The notes under the pieces are model-generated. The model was not told where the DNA came from and did not search any database. It saw only the letters and a list, made by a program, of their open reading frames with translations. Shown here in pieces: positions 13,846 through 28,599 of a stretch of 64,000 nt of DNA. The DNA is taken from assembly GCF_009914755.1 (NCBI RefSeq), contig NC_060931.1, one strand, 5' to 3'. The stretch comes from the human T2T-CHM13v2.0 reference genome, Homo sapiens. Both the position numbers and the translations under genes were made by a program. Within the stretch, counting starts at the first letter, position 1. Each line of letters starts with the position of its first letter.

Positions 13846-14130
13846 GGCCTCTTTTTACTCTATTCTCCAACCTCCCTCACTGTCCCTCAACCTCTTTCTC
13901 CTTTCAATCTTGGCGCCACACTTCAATCTCTCCCTTCTCTTAATTTCAATTCCTTTCATTTTCTGGTAGAGACAAAAGAGACATGTTTTATCCGTGAACC
14001 CAAAACTCCGGCGCCGGTCACGGACTGGGAAAGCAGCCTTCCCTTGGTGTTTAATCATTGCAGGGATGCCTCTCTGATTATACACTCACGTTTCAAGGGT
14101 GTCAGACCACGCAGGGACGCCTGCCTTGGT

Positions 14131-14436
14131 CCTTCACCCTTAGCGGCAAGTCCCGCTTTCCTGGGGCAGGGGCAAGTACCCCTCAACCCCTTCTCCTTCA
14201 CCCTTAGTGGCAAGTCCTGCTTTCCTGGGGCAGGGGCAAGTACCCCTCAACCCCTTCTCCTTCACCCTTAGCGGCAAGTCCCGCTTTCCTGGGGCAGGGG
14301 CAAGTACCCCTCAACCCCTTCTCCTTCACCCTTAGTGGCAAGTCCTGCTTTCCTGGGGCAGGGGCAAGTACCCCTCAACCCCTTCTCCTTCACCCTTAGT
14401 GGCAAGTCCCACTTTCCTAGGGGACAAGAACCCCCC
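14131..14436 (+). repeat. 64-bp tandem repeat, 4 full units plus a partial, within HERV-H
   Basis: Units start at 14131, 14195, 14259, 14323 and 14387. Confidence 0.95.
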
Positions 14437-15453
14437 AATCGCTTATTTCCGCACCCTAACCTCTTATCTCTGTGCCCCAATTGCTTATTTCCGCACCCTG
14501 ACCTCTTATCTCTGTGCCCCAATCCCTTATTTCCGTGCCCCAACCCCTTCTCTGCTTTTCTGGAGGGCAAGAACCCTCCACCCCTTCTCCCTGTCTCTAC
14601 TCTTTTCTCTGGGCTTGCCTCCTTCACTATGGGTAAGCTTCCACCTTCCATTCCTCCTTCTTCTCCCTTAGCCTGTGTTCTCAAAAACTTAAAACCTCTT
14701 CAACTCACACCTGACCTAAAACCTAAATGCCTTATTTTCTTCTGCAATGCCGCTTGACCCCAATACAAACTCGACAGTAGTTCCAAATAGCCAGAAAATG
14801 GCACTTTGAATTTTTCCATCCTGCAAAATCTAAATAATTCTTGTCATAAAATAGGCAAACGGTCTGAGGTGCCTGACGTCCAGGCATTCTTTTACACATC
14901 AGTCCCTTCCTAGTCTCTGTGACCAGTGCAACTCGTCCCAAATCTTCCTTCTTTCCCTTCCGCCTGTCCCCTCAGTACCAATCCCAAGTGTCGCTGAGTC
15001 TTTCTAATCTTCCTTTTCTACAGACCCATCTGACCTCTCCCTTCCTCCCCAGGTTGTTCCTCGCCAGGCCGAGCTAGGTCCCAATTCTTCCTCAGCCTCT
15101 GCTCCTCCACCCTATAATCTTTTTATCACCTCCCCTCCTCACACCTGGTCCGGCTTACAGTTTCGTTCCGTGACTAGCCCTCCCCATCCTGCCCAGCAAT
15201 TTACTCTTAAAAAGGTGGCTGGAGCTAAAGGCATAGTCAAGGTTAATGCTCCTTTTTCTTTATCCCAAATCAGATAGCGTTTAGGCTCTTTTTCATCGAA
15301 TATAAAAATCCAGCCCAGTTCATGACTTGTTTGGCAGCAACCCTGAGACGCTTTACAGCCCTAGACCCTAAAAGGTCAAAAGGCCGTCTTATTCTCAAAA
15401 TACATTTTATTACCCAATCTGCTCCCGACATTAAATAAAACTCCAAAAATTAA

Positions 15454-16631
15454 TGGTTTTTCCTTTCCATATTTAGTGTTAGGTCTGGTGGTAACAAATT
15501 TCCTCAGCATTTGCTTGTCTGAAAAAGATCTTATTTCTCCTTTGCCTATGAAGCTTAATTTAGGTGAATATTAAATCCTCAGTTGGAATTTCTTTCCTTT
15601 AAGAATTTTGAATATTGGCCCCCCAATCTCTTCTGGCTTGTAGGGTTTCCTCTGAGAGGTTCACCGTTAGTCTGATGGGTTTCCCTTTTTGGTTACCTGG
15701 CCTTTCTGTCTGGCTTCCCTTAACATTTATTTTATTTCGACCTTGGAGAATGTAATGATTATGTGTCTTGGGGATAATCTTCTCTTGGAATAACTTATGG
15801 GGTTCTCTGCATTTCCTGAATTTGAATGTTGGCCTGTCTAGCTATGTTGGGGAAGTTCTCCTGTATGATATCCTAAAATATGGTTTCCAAATGGATTCCA
15901 TTCTCCCTATCTCTTTCACAATCTGTTATAGATTTGGTCTCTTCACATAATCCTATATTTCTCAGAGGTTTCGTTCATTCCTTTTTTTTTCTTTTTTCAC
16001 TATTCTTCTCTGCCTGTCTTATTTCAGAAAGCAAGTCGTTAAGCTCTGAGATTCTTTCCTCCACTTGGTCTATTCTGTTATTAATACTTGTGATAGCATT
16101 GTGAAGTTCTTGTAGTGTGTTTTTTAGCCCTATCAGGTCAGTTATGTTCCACTCTATACTGGCTATTTCGGCTGTCAGCTCCTGCGTTGTTTTATCATAA
16201 TTCTTATCTTCCTTGCACTGGGTTACAATGTGCTCCTTTAGCTCGGCGAAGTTCATTTCAATCCACATTCTGAAGCCTACTTCTGTCATTTCAGCCCTCT
16301 CAGCCTCAGCTCAGGTCTGTTCACTTGCTGGAAAGGTGTTGCTGTCATTTGGAGGAAAGTGGGCACTCTGACTTTTTGAGTTTTCAACATTTTTGCACTG
16401 ATACTTTCTCATCTTTATTGGTTTATCTACCTGTGATGTTTGAGGTTGCTGAATTTTGGATGGAATTTTAGTGGGTTTTGTTCTTGTTGTTGCTGTTTTT
16501 GTTGGTTTGTTTTTCTTTTAACAGTCTGGTCACGACTCTGCAGGGCTGCTGGGGTACCTAGTCACCTCAGTTTTTCCAGTACCTGGAGGTATCACCAGTG
16601 AAGGCTCTCAAACAGCAAAGATGGCAGCCAC
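15454..16631 (-). mobile_element. Older primate L1 (L1PA13-16/L1PREC-like): ORF1 and part of the 5' region
   Basis: ORF 15975-16289(-) encodes an L1 ORF1p coiled coil (LKNTLQELHNAITSINNRIDQVEERISEL). ORF1 C-terminal sequence lies at 15460-15900. ORF2 is absent. Confidence 0.88.
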
Positions 16632-17302
16632 CAAGAGTACTGATTTTTGGTTGGTTTACAAAGAAAAAAAATTAGTTATCATAAATTTAATATAATTAAA
16701 AGAAAACATAATAATGTTAACTCTAATGATTAATCTCAATATGTAATAGGGGGAGAGGGAAGGTATTATTTATAATCCCTCCTCAAGGCTCAAATGCCTG
16801 GCTAGACAGTGGATATTTTGAGACCTAGGGCTCAGTTCTTTTACATTCTTTTCTTTATTTCTATAAAATTATTTTTTTGATTCACTACTAAAAGTTGGTA
16901 GAAATGCAGCAAAGGTCTGATGTTTCTGTCACAGTCTGGGGTACTTATTTCAACCATAGAGTCAGAAGCTATATAGAGACTTCTTAGTGAAAATTTGTTT
17001 CAGCACCTTTTCAGAACAGTTGAGACATCCGATTTAAAAGTGGGGTACTTAGATGTTTCAATTGGGAGTAGTTGTCGGTGGATTTCTTACCCATTTTCTG
17101 ATATACTTCACTCAGAGAAGCATTTCTTTACTTCCATTCCAGCTCTTGGGTGAAGGTCTGTATTTTGTTTTATTTTAATGCCTAATAATCTGCTGTTGAC
17201 TTTTTTGCTCCAACAAAAGAAGAAAATCATTAAGCACCAGGAAATTGCCATACAGTTGGCAATAAAACTATTTGCAATAATCTTCTTAAGAACCTCATGA
17301 TC

Positions 17303-17671
<369 letters not shown>

Positions 17672-17924
17672 TTAGAATGGATTTATTGTTGAGAAGTATT
17701 GCTTACATCAGTCACTTCAAATTATGGGACTAGCCTTACTAGCTTTTTCAGAGCCATTATTTCAAAAACTAGTCTGAGCCCCAGCCTCCACAGCCATCAC
17801 TTGATAGTGTGCAAAAGTGGAGCCCGTACTGTTGCCCATCTCTCTCCAGTAGGCAAGGGGAATGCCCAGGCAGGACTGGTATGGGCAGAGACTCCAGCAT
17901 CTCAGTCATAAGCCCAGCATACAC

Positions 17925-18443
<519 letters not shown>

Positions 18444-19168
18444 TAAAGTAGCTGCCATTACAGCTGGCCTTTGATCAGGACCTGTCACAATGTCCTTATA
18501 ATCAAATCTGTTTCTGTGATCACAAACTTATCTTTAATTAAATGAAAATATGCCTTTCCCTGTAGCATAAGTCTTACTGTATCATAGATCCTCCCAAAAT
18601 ATGAGTTCCACTACAGCCTAATTTCCCTTCTAACATGGATTCCCGGGGCAGCCATTCTTGTGAACCACTGGTTTTTCCTTAGCATGAGGTTTCTTTTGAA
18701 TGAGATTTCAAAGACTTACAGGTGATACTGTGGTTTCGAAGTTTTCCTCACATATTCCAAAATTCTGATTTGTTATGAACACCTGTTGTTTTATCTGGCT
18801 GCATTACTTCTGGCATGCCTATGTGACAGGAGTTTATTTCTTCAGATTGCGTATCATTTTGTTAACCAATATGCACGACGTTCCTTTGTTAAAATAATAT
18901 TTTCCATGTTGCTTGTGGAGAACTGGTGACTATATTACAGTGGATGCCTGTCTAGCCAATTTGATAAATTTAGCAGTAGTTGTTTATTTAATTGAAAAAA
19001 AGCTTATTAAAATACGGAATGAAAAAGTTATTAGCATAACTTAGACACTTTATCTTAACTTGAAAATATGAGTGGGCATTTACATGAATATTTGGTGAAG
19101 GGATAAGACTTTGTAAAAGTTACTATTACAAGTCCTATTCTTGCTGTCAGCATACTCATTGTCCCCAA

Positions 19169-19465
19169 TTTTTTTTTTTTTTTTTGAGATGGAGTCTCAC
19201 TCTGTCACCCAGGCTGGAATGCAGTGGTGTGATCTCGGCTCACTGAAACCTCTGCCTCCCGGGTTCAAGTGATTCTCCTACCTCAGCCTCCCCAGTAGCT
19301 GGGACTACAGGCGCACACCACCATGCCCAGCTAATTTTTGCGTTATTAGTATAGACAGGGTTTCATTATATTGGCCAGGCTGGTCTCAAACTCCTGACTT
19401 CGTGATCCACCCACCTTGGCCTCCCAAAGTGCTGGAATTACAGGCATAAGCCACCATGCCTGGCC
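19169..19465 (-). mobile_element. AluS (Sg/Sc-like)
   Basis: Alu dimer with poly-T and a degenerate TSD. Confidence 0.93.
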
Positions 19466-21502
19466 TGTCACCACTCTTTAACATGGATTCTGAATGTAAA
19501 TATTCTTGGAAACAACTGGCATGAACAGTACCACTAAATTTATATGATTCTCTACCCCCTAGGTATTTCAGACCTATCTTAATTTGCTACAAATATTTTC
19601 AGCAATTAACATTTATTTGTTTTTATTGAAAGCATTCAATTTGATTTTCGTTGGAACCACTCTTTGTGTCTTTATTCATACATTAACATGATATTTAGTA
19701 AAATTAAACTGTTATAATAATGAGCCAAACTTCCATAAATAAATTTGGGAACAAAGGTGATTGACAAAACTCCACTAAGGGAGGCAGAAGAGTGTGGGCA
19801 TTCTGGAAAGCCTGAGAAGCCAGCGGGATACTAATACCAGCCACCGTGCTTCCTGCAGGGAACAGTGATCCTGAGTACCATTGAGATCACTGATCATTAG
19901 CAGGATTTGAACTGCGTTTGTTACAGACCTGGAGAATGATTTCCATTCAGTTGCTCTGTAGTGCAAGTGGAACTTTGAATGATTGCTCTCTAGTTTTGTT
20001 CTCTTCCTCACACAAGTACCATAATTTACTAATTCATAGTAGAAAGACTTATTTCCTACCTATCCAAAACAAAAAGTATTATTGATTTAACACTTTTAAA
20101 ACTACTATTATTATTATTTAATGGCAAAGTTGTTTCTTAAAAGGTTATACACTGGAGTTTATAGGCAAATGGTTTGCTAGCCCCACCCAATTTTGTGTTA
20201 TTTACATTCATACTTCCTAATTACACGATTCTTTTTCATTCTGCATGCGTGGTGTGTTTCTCCGTGAATGTTTCACTTGTCGTGGCTTCACAGTCTCCAC
20301 CGACATTGGAATCCTGCTTACAATTTGTTTTTACAAAATTACTTAGAATTAAAAATTTTAATTACAGTTTTCATTGTTAATTTTATACTTTGATGAACTA
20401 CTTTTTCGCTACGAATCAGTTTTTGTGAATTAAATATCTAACACAACACAATAGAAATACTAACACAAATTTGACAATAATAAACTTGAAGTAACATGAA
20501 ATTATATTAGCCAAAATGTTAAGTAATTTAAGTACATGTGATCAGACATAGATCAACTAACAGATTTAGCATCCAAAACCTATGCACAGTTTTTTAGTCC
20601 CTCATGGTTGTGAATATGAATGTAGAGTTTTTACTGAAAATCATTGTTTCACTTTATGTATGAGGGATGTGCGTGTGCATCTGCATGTGTGTACTGGGTA
20701 GATGCTGCATTCGTTATTCTTTCAAGTGAAAGCACCCCTGTGAATCCCTGGCAGACTGTGACACCAGGTCTGTGGGTCACACTTCTGAGGGACAATGCTG
20801 GACCCTGGTGCTGGTCCTGGTTACCCCCAGTCTACCTTCCTCCATGGTGAGCCTTCCCATGGGACCCTTTCTTTCAGTGCCCTTGGCACATCCAGTCCAA
20901 CCCACTGGAAAGGATGTGCTTTGCAAGGGAAGGACCCATTCCTCCCTGGAGCTTCCAGGTCTCTCTGCACACTTACCCATCTGCTCCTTGGTGTTCAGCT
21001 TTGCCAGGGAACACTGAGAAAGGCCACCCAGGGACAGTCACTACTTCTCCTTGTGTTTACAAAGCCAGGGGGGCATAGTCAAGTAAGTCTTGCTTTAATG
21101 AAGAAAACCCGCATCTCTTATTTTGCTTGCTTCTCCTTTAGACTTAAGTGTGGTCTCAATTGTCACTCCCTTATAGTTATGCAAATATGCTGTTTTCATA
21201 CACGCGTATACAAAGCCTTGGTAATTTAGGACTCATGATGAGTGTGCAGGCTGCAGGCTCTACTTGAGTTTTAGAGATGTACTATTCATCTGCTTTTACA
21301 GAGTCAAAGGAGGAGCAGATCACAGACGTGAAGCCCATCTCATCACTGAGTAAAGATGAAGACCATGCCAGGTTGGTCATGGCCATGAATGTTTGCCAGC
21401 AATACCACCATGAACAAGGGCTGGAGAATACACCTGCAATTCAAACCATTCTTGATTTAGCTCATATGAAACATATGTGAAAATGGTTAAAAATGCCATT
21501 TC

Positions 21503-21795
21503 TTTTTTTTTTTTTTGAGACAGGATCTCACTCTGGGCTAGGCTGGAGTGCAGTGGTGCCGTGATAGTTCACTGTAAACTCGAACTTCTGGGCTTAAGTA
21601 ATCCTCCTGCTTCAGCCTCCTGAGTAACTAGAACTATATGAATGTGCCAACATGCCCAGCTAATTTAAATTTTTTTGTGGAGACAGGGTCCAGCTATATT
21701 GCCACACTAGTCTAGAACTCCTGGCCTCAAGTGATTCTCTGGCCTCAGCCTTCCAAAAGTGCTGAAATTATAGGCATGAACCACTGCCCCTGGCC
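21503..21795 (-). mobile_element. AluJ
   Basis: Diverged Alu with J-type gggcttaagtaatcctcctgc; TSD aaaaatgccatttc / aaaaatgtaatttc. Confidence 0.9.
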
Positions 21796-23810
21796 AAAAA
21801 TGTAATTTCCAAAGGGCATTTGTAAAACATTGATAATATTACCATGATGTAACCAAAATGTAATTATCCAAATTAAATGAGAAACAGTAAGATATTACTT
21901 CTTTTTCAGCTTTTGCATATCCAAATATACTTTATGGTGGCTCATATATACATGTATTTATATCTAGACATTAAGAACTAGAGTTTAATTATTATAATAC
22001 TTCTTCTTTGACACCAACAATGTGAAGTGGTCAGGGGGTCATTGCATTTTCTTTGTAAAATGAAAATGCTTAGAAAAGATATTATGGAAATGTTCACAGG
22101 ATACTTCCTTCGGAAAGCAATAAAAACGACATCAAATCTCCCAGGTTTGCCTAGGCATTTTATTAACTAGAAATAGCACATTACTTGTGCCCTATGAATC
22201 TCAACTTTAATCTTTCGATCCTTTGAGCCAGGCCCAACCCCTGATGCTTTTTAAAATATCCCACTTCCCCACTGCCTTGCCTGGACAAGGAGAAACATTT
22301 CTCCTCATTCTTACGGCAAGCCCCAGGCAGACTGAGCTCTTTTCTCTAGTCTCTTTTCTCCCAGTCCCTGTGGATCTGCTGCAGCTGGTTTGAGCTAGAC
22401 TCCTCCTCCATCATAGCAGGGTGCCTGGTCTGGAGTAGAGTCTAGCTGGGATCCAGCATTTGCACTGGGAGACAGAGGAGCCCAGGAAGCAAGGGCATCT
22501 TGAGAAGCAAAGAGCAGGATGGGAGTGACAGGATCTGCAGCTGAGGGTAGAAGCAGCCACTAGCAGGGACTGTTCTGACATCAGACTATCTGGACCCCTT
22601 AGCTGCTCTCTAGAGAGAGGCACATGCCTGGAGGCACTTTTATTTTATACATTTATACTTCTGTATTTCTTCTTCCTCCTCCTCCATGTCCTTCACTTTC
22701 TCTTTCTCCTCGCCTCTGGACAGATTGCTGCTCATTATTTTACAAGGAGATATTTTGTTGCAGTGGCCTCATGTGCCTTCACACCCAGTTGACTTCATGG
22801 TTTACTGTTGGCAAGGCAGTTGGATAGAAAGTATTTTTAACTTTTCCCTAGAATACACAGTTTGTATGTGTTTTTATTTTTAAGATTGATGAACTAGATG
22901 CAAATTTAATGTATGCTAAGTATATTTGTAGCCTCTAGTTTTCCTACATTGCCTAACAAGTCTTTAGTAATATGCTAAAATGTGAAATTGATTCACATAG
23001 GAGAGTAAAGATTTCAGAATTAGAGGACGAGGCCTTTAACCAGTCAAAAAATAAAAATTTATAGTTTCAGCTACCACTGTTGTCTGATCTGTGAACATTC
23101 AATCAAATATAATTTCATTATAATCATTTTTAGGCTTTAATAAATACTTAATATCTAAAGTCTAGGCTTAATAAACTGCTGGAGTTTAAAAAATATTACA
23201 TATAATAAATATATGTATAATGTTTCATATAATACACATAATTATATATTATACAAGTAGTATGTATTATACCTACAGAATATATGTTATATATTAAGAA
23301 GATTATATATAGACGCACACACACACACATATGTGATTTACCTGTTTGTTTTCTTCCAGCAGTACTTTTGATTTCTCCTGCAACGCTCCCTGATCACTTG
23401 TAGGTAAATACATTCTTTAAATTCATTAAAGCAATTATGGGTTGAGTTTAGGAATGCAGCAGCAACCCTGACCTCAAATGATGACAATTGTAGAAACTAG
23501 AGGGTGAAATCTCCTAAGTCATCTACTGGTAGAGACACGTTATTGACTACTGGGTATCCTTATCGTCTCAACAGGAAAGTAAAACAATGTGATCTCCATG
23601 AATACTGGTCTGTTGTCAAAAAATAGTACCTTGGGATGGAGAATCCTAAGAACAGTTCTCACTTAATGAGAGGCTGTCAAATAAACTCATTCTTGCTCAA
23701 AACTATGTATTTTTGTACTTTGTCCTTCTAGTTTCCGTGGATGCTGATGAATTCTATTGAAAGAGTCAGGCCTTCTAATGATTCCATTGGATAATTATTT
23801 AAGTGAATAC

Positions 23811-24032
23811 TTTTTTTTTTATTTTACTTTAAGTTCTGGGTTACATGTGCAGAACATGGAGGTTTGTTACATAGGTATACACATGCCATGGTGGTTTGCA
23901 GCACCCATCAACCCGTCACCTACATTAGGTATTTCTCCTAATGTTATCCCTCCCCTAGCCCCCCACCCACTGCAGGCCCTGGTGCATGATGTTCCCCTCC
24001 CTGTGTCCATGTGTTCTCATTGTTCAACTCCC
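23811..24032 (-). mobile_element. 5'-truncated L1PA 3' end (~220 bp)
   Basis: Antisense L1 3'UTR with poly-T; TSD TTAAGTGAATA (23799-23809 / 24033-24043). Confidence 0.93.
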
Positions 24033-26084
24033 TTAAGTGAATATGTTTTGAAAAAAAAATTCATGTGGGGTATATATGTACACACAATGGAAAAAAAGAG
24101 TCATGGAGAGTAGAAAAACTTTGGAAACATATTTGCTCAAAATGATTGATCTCTGGATGTGGCCTCCTTCAACTCACTGTAAGTTATAGAGAGCAAATAA
24201 AATGTACAGAACTCTACAAAGTCCTACTCAGAAGGCTGCCCACAGTGTCTGCAGACAGCTCCCATCAATCAACTTTAGCCTTGAATCAATCTAGTGGCAA
24301 GAGCAGTGAACAAAGGCCAAACTGGTCAGGCTGCCTTAAAAGGAGAGAGAAACACATTTTTGAATGTATTTATATCTGAAATTAACTTTACCACATTGTC
24401 TACAAGACACTAACCACTGAATCGGCTACGCTGAGTCCTCCAAAGCATTTTGGAATTATTGCCTTGTATATAGCTGAAATTCACCGACTTTTAGCTTGCT
24501 TTTAAAAAATGACCTGTTTTCTCGTGTTGTTTTCTAGTGACTCACTTGGTGGACACATACACAAGTATTTTGTAGTTTATATCAATTTGTCTTTAATGCC
24601 CAATCTCTCTGATACACAATAGCATCTGTGTACCTTTGGAGTTAGAAGGCTCACCTGAAGTTTGTTTACATCCTTAATGCAAGCCTAATGCCTTCACAAG
24701 TACTCCAAATATTGCATTTCCAATATCAGAGGGAAGGTGATTCAAAGGACTGTAGCAAACATTCTAAGTAACTACAAATTATTCTACTTTTGTGAATTAA
24801 CTTCATGGTGCAGTCCTGGGTCTGACGCAATATATCTTGCATAGTAACATTCTTACAGTCAGTGATTCAAATGGCTTTTGAATAAGTAGTATTGCATCTC
24901 CCTCAGTGCCTGGGCTTCCAACAGAGACTTTTCAGCAAAGTGTTGGGAATAAATAAAGCGTATTGTTAGGAAGAGACTCTTTTAGGCTATGGCTATGCTA
25001 ATTTATTTAAATATATACATTAGTACCATGTGAATCTGAAGATTTAAAGGGACTATGAGAGTTCTATATGTAGACTACCCCTTTTATTTAAGATCCAGCT
25101 ATTGCTGATGCAATTTTTCTCTGTTGAATTGTTCTGTTTGTCAGAACTTATTTCTCACTTCATAATGATCATCTTCTCCATTGCATCATTCATTTTTTAA
25201 CCACATTAAGTGTGTGCAAACAAGGCAAGTTGACTATCAGGCTTAGAGTTCAAGTTTGGATGGTACAGGCAGTTTTAGGAAAAAACTCATGAGACTGCCA
25301 CATTCAAGGAGTTTGGGTTTTTGTCAGTTCTGTTTTGTTTTTCATTTGCAACCTAGAAGTTGAATCAAGAATACAAAGGAAGCACGATTAGTGACTTCTT
25401 TAGTACCTGCTTTGCTGAGATATGCACATGGTCACTACTCTTTGTAAAAGCAATCTGGGATATAGTGGGGACTGTCAGAGAGGAGCTGAGGAAAGGTGCC
25501 GGTGCCAGCAAGGGAGGGATATGGGGTATATAAGTCTTGCAGGTACCTGCAGAATTGAGTAACCAGTGTGCAGAGCCATCCTGCATCCTTGGCTCTACTG
25601 AGGCAAATGCCAAAGCAAGTTTCTAAGGCTATTAAATATCTACCTAAAGTTCATTGGTAACTCTAGGAAGCCAGGTGAGGACCACAGAAAGGTAGGAGAG
25701 ACATCAAGTTGATACAGTCTGAAGCCACTCGCTGTACACCTCTCTGCAGCCTCTCTAGCTCCCAAGTCTGTCCTTCACAGACAGCAAGGACTCCAAAAAC
25801 CCCCTTTCCCTCAGCTCTGCAAGCCCCTCCTGGGATTCCTCACCAGGGCCATCACAATGGCTGTGAAACTGATCTCCCAGCTGCCCCTCTGGGTCCTTAA
25901 ATTGTCATCCACAGAATGTCAGAATTTTTTTTAATATTCTATTTTAATTATTATTTAATTTTAATAATTAAGTAATTTAACTTAATTTTTAATAACTAAA
26001 TAATACTTAAATTTTAAAATAACTACATAATTTGATAATTCAGAGGACAAACCACAAACCATAGCAGCTTGCACCTATTTATTC

Positions 26085-26330
26085 ACCACAGAAACACACA
26101 CACACAGACACACAAACACATACATATACGAAAAAGCATACAAAGACATATAAACTCACAGATACACAAAAAAGCACACACAGATACACAAACACACATA
26201 CACAGAAACATACATGGAAACACACACCCAAACACACACACAAATGACATACAAACACATGCACAAGCACACAGGTGCACACACAAACACACACAGAAAT
26301 GCATATATACACATCCAAACACACTCACAT
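26085..26330. repeat. Degenerate (CA)n/(CATA)n simple repeat
   Basis: CA-rich tract that produces the spurious VC/HT-rich ORFs. Confidence 0.92.
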
Positions 26331-27195
26331 TTTGGCACTGGATAAGGAAGGATTTGCTGAATTAGTACATATATGCATGAGACGTTTGAGGCTTTGTATT
26401 CATTCATTCTTTATTTTTGCTTATTTAACAGCCTTAATATATATACTACGTGGTTAACAATTTCAAGAATGCCTTCTTTTTAACATTTATGGGCAGTGAT
26501 AAGAGTGGAACATGAGGCCTGCATCCCATATCAGGAACATAACTGCCAGACCTTGTGTAAAATCATTCCCATCCTCTTACACCGGCACACGTGGGATGGC
26601 TTTGGAGCCGAGTCTGAGTGTCCTCTGCTCGAGGGAAGGTAGCAGTGAACTCCTGCTCTTTCTCTCTCTGCTTTGCCTCACTTGGTGAGGCGCCTCACCC
26701 ACAACTGTCTGCCTGGATGCCCTCATCCAAGCTTTGTCCTGCCCCATCCTAGATAGTTCTCCTGCCTCCTACCCCTGCTCCTGCCCCAGCTTAGGGGAGC
26801 AACACCTCGTGGGTCTTCAGCTGTCAGGAGTTTGAATGTGGAAAACACCTTTGAAGGTCCTGAATTGGGCTCAGAGTGTGGGCCTGGTTTGGCAGTGCAT
26901 TCTGGTGGTGCCAGTTTGCATGTGTGGTTTAGAAGACGAGCATGAGGTCTGAATGGGCACATCCCCTGGTCTGGGGGAATCCTCTATCTGTGGGGAGGGG
27001 AGTGGTTTAAATGAAGGCCAGAATCGTGCTCTGAAAATCAAGGGATCCCAGGGAATAGGGCTCTGTGTCTTGTTGCCTGGGTCTAATGTGGTGGCTGACT
27101 TAAAGGAAATCAACTAAGGTGTGAAAAGTGGGTATAAACGTCAGAGTTATTTGATGTCCAGTAGTCCAGTATTTGATGGACTAAACAGATGGTCC

Positions 27196-27750
<555 letters not shown>

Positions 27751-28599
27751 CTAGTTTATTTTTGTGATTTAAATTCAAAGCAGGCTGTTTCTGAACATTG
27801 GATGAGAGAATCAGTGATACTGGAGCTGATGCTTTAGGCTTTCTTTTGGCCTTTCCTTTTCAGCAGCTGCAATCCTGTCATTAAAACTGCATTCATGAAA
27901 GAAATGAGAAGGGTGGACAGGGAGGGAATGAAAATATTGCTCCGTGGGAGGCATCGTTATTTTATTCCAGAAGAGATGGATCAAGCCCTCTAACCTGGTT
28001 GGAGAGCTAAGAATACCTGCCATAGCTCTTGTTAGCAGACAGGGGCAAGTGCCCTCCATGGGATACAGGGAGTGGGATGCCATGACTGTTCTCGTTCCCG
28101 GGACCTGGGCAGGGCTTTCCTCCCTGGGATGAAAAGATCTCTGCCTTCCATGTTAACAAAGATATTTCTTAATTAGGAAGAAAGAAGTGGGCAAAATACT
28201 CTCAAAAAGACAAAGGACCACTTCAAAAAGGAATCCGCTTACTGGAGACATCTGGTGATGTGGTGTGTTCAAAATGAAAGATATGGGATGAGATGGGCTA
28301 AGAGGTGAGGCTGCACCTGTAAGGAGAGGCCATGCTAATGAGTCTGGAAATTTCCCATTACTCAAAGTGTTCCCATCTATTTTTAAAAACAAAAAATGAT
28401 TTACAGATAGTAATTGGACTTTTAATTCACAATTAAAATATATAATGATTAACTAGTTTGAATTAATAAAAGTTAAAGTTCATGTGTAAATATGTATCAG
28501 ATAGTAATCACAAAAGCATCTGCAGATATTTGGAAAATGGTTGTGTACATATGGGAGTAACTCAGACTTATTATGTATTCAGTTTACATGCTGCATAAA

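Larger units (their letters stand above)
13694..15453 (+). mobile_element. HERV-H internal region (leader, pre-gag and degenerate gag), 3'-truncated
   Basis: Typical C-rich HERV-H leader. It ends abruptly at ctccaaaaattaa. No pol, env or 3' LTR follows in the window. Confidence 0.92.

Noticed and set aside
13765-14757. 138-168 aa ORFs in the HERV-H leader as novel proteins
   Set aside because: They arise from C-rich, stop-poor repeat sequence, overlap on both strands and show no recognisable domain.
13211-15453. Naming the locus as a known HERV-H lncRNA such as LINC-ROR or ESRG
   Set aside because: The HERV-H first-exon sequence is shared by many loci and I recognise no locus-specific downstream exon.
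18550-20640. Possible ancient DNA-transposon relic around the Alus
   Set aside because: The composition is suggestive, but I could not identify terminal repeats or a transposase motif.
20644-21480. Cluster of ORFs and splice-like signals as host coding exons
   Set aside because: No recognisable protein similarity and no consistent exon chain; at most non-coding exon candidates.
26069-26457. His/Thr- and Cys/Val-rich ORFs
   Set aside because: They are translations of a degenerate CA repeat.
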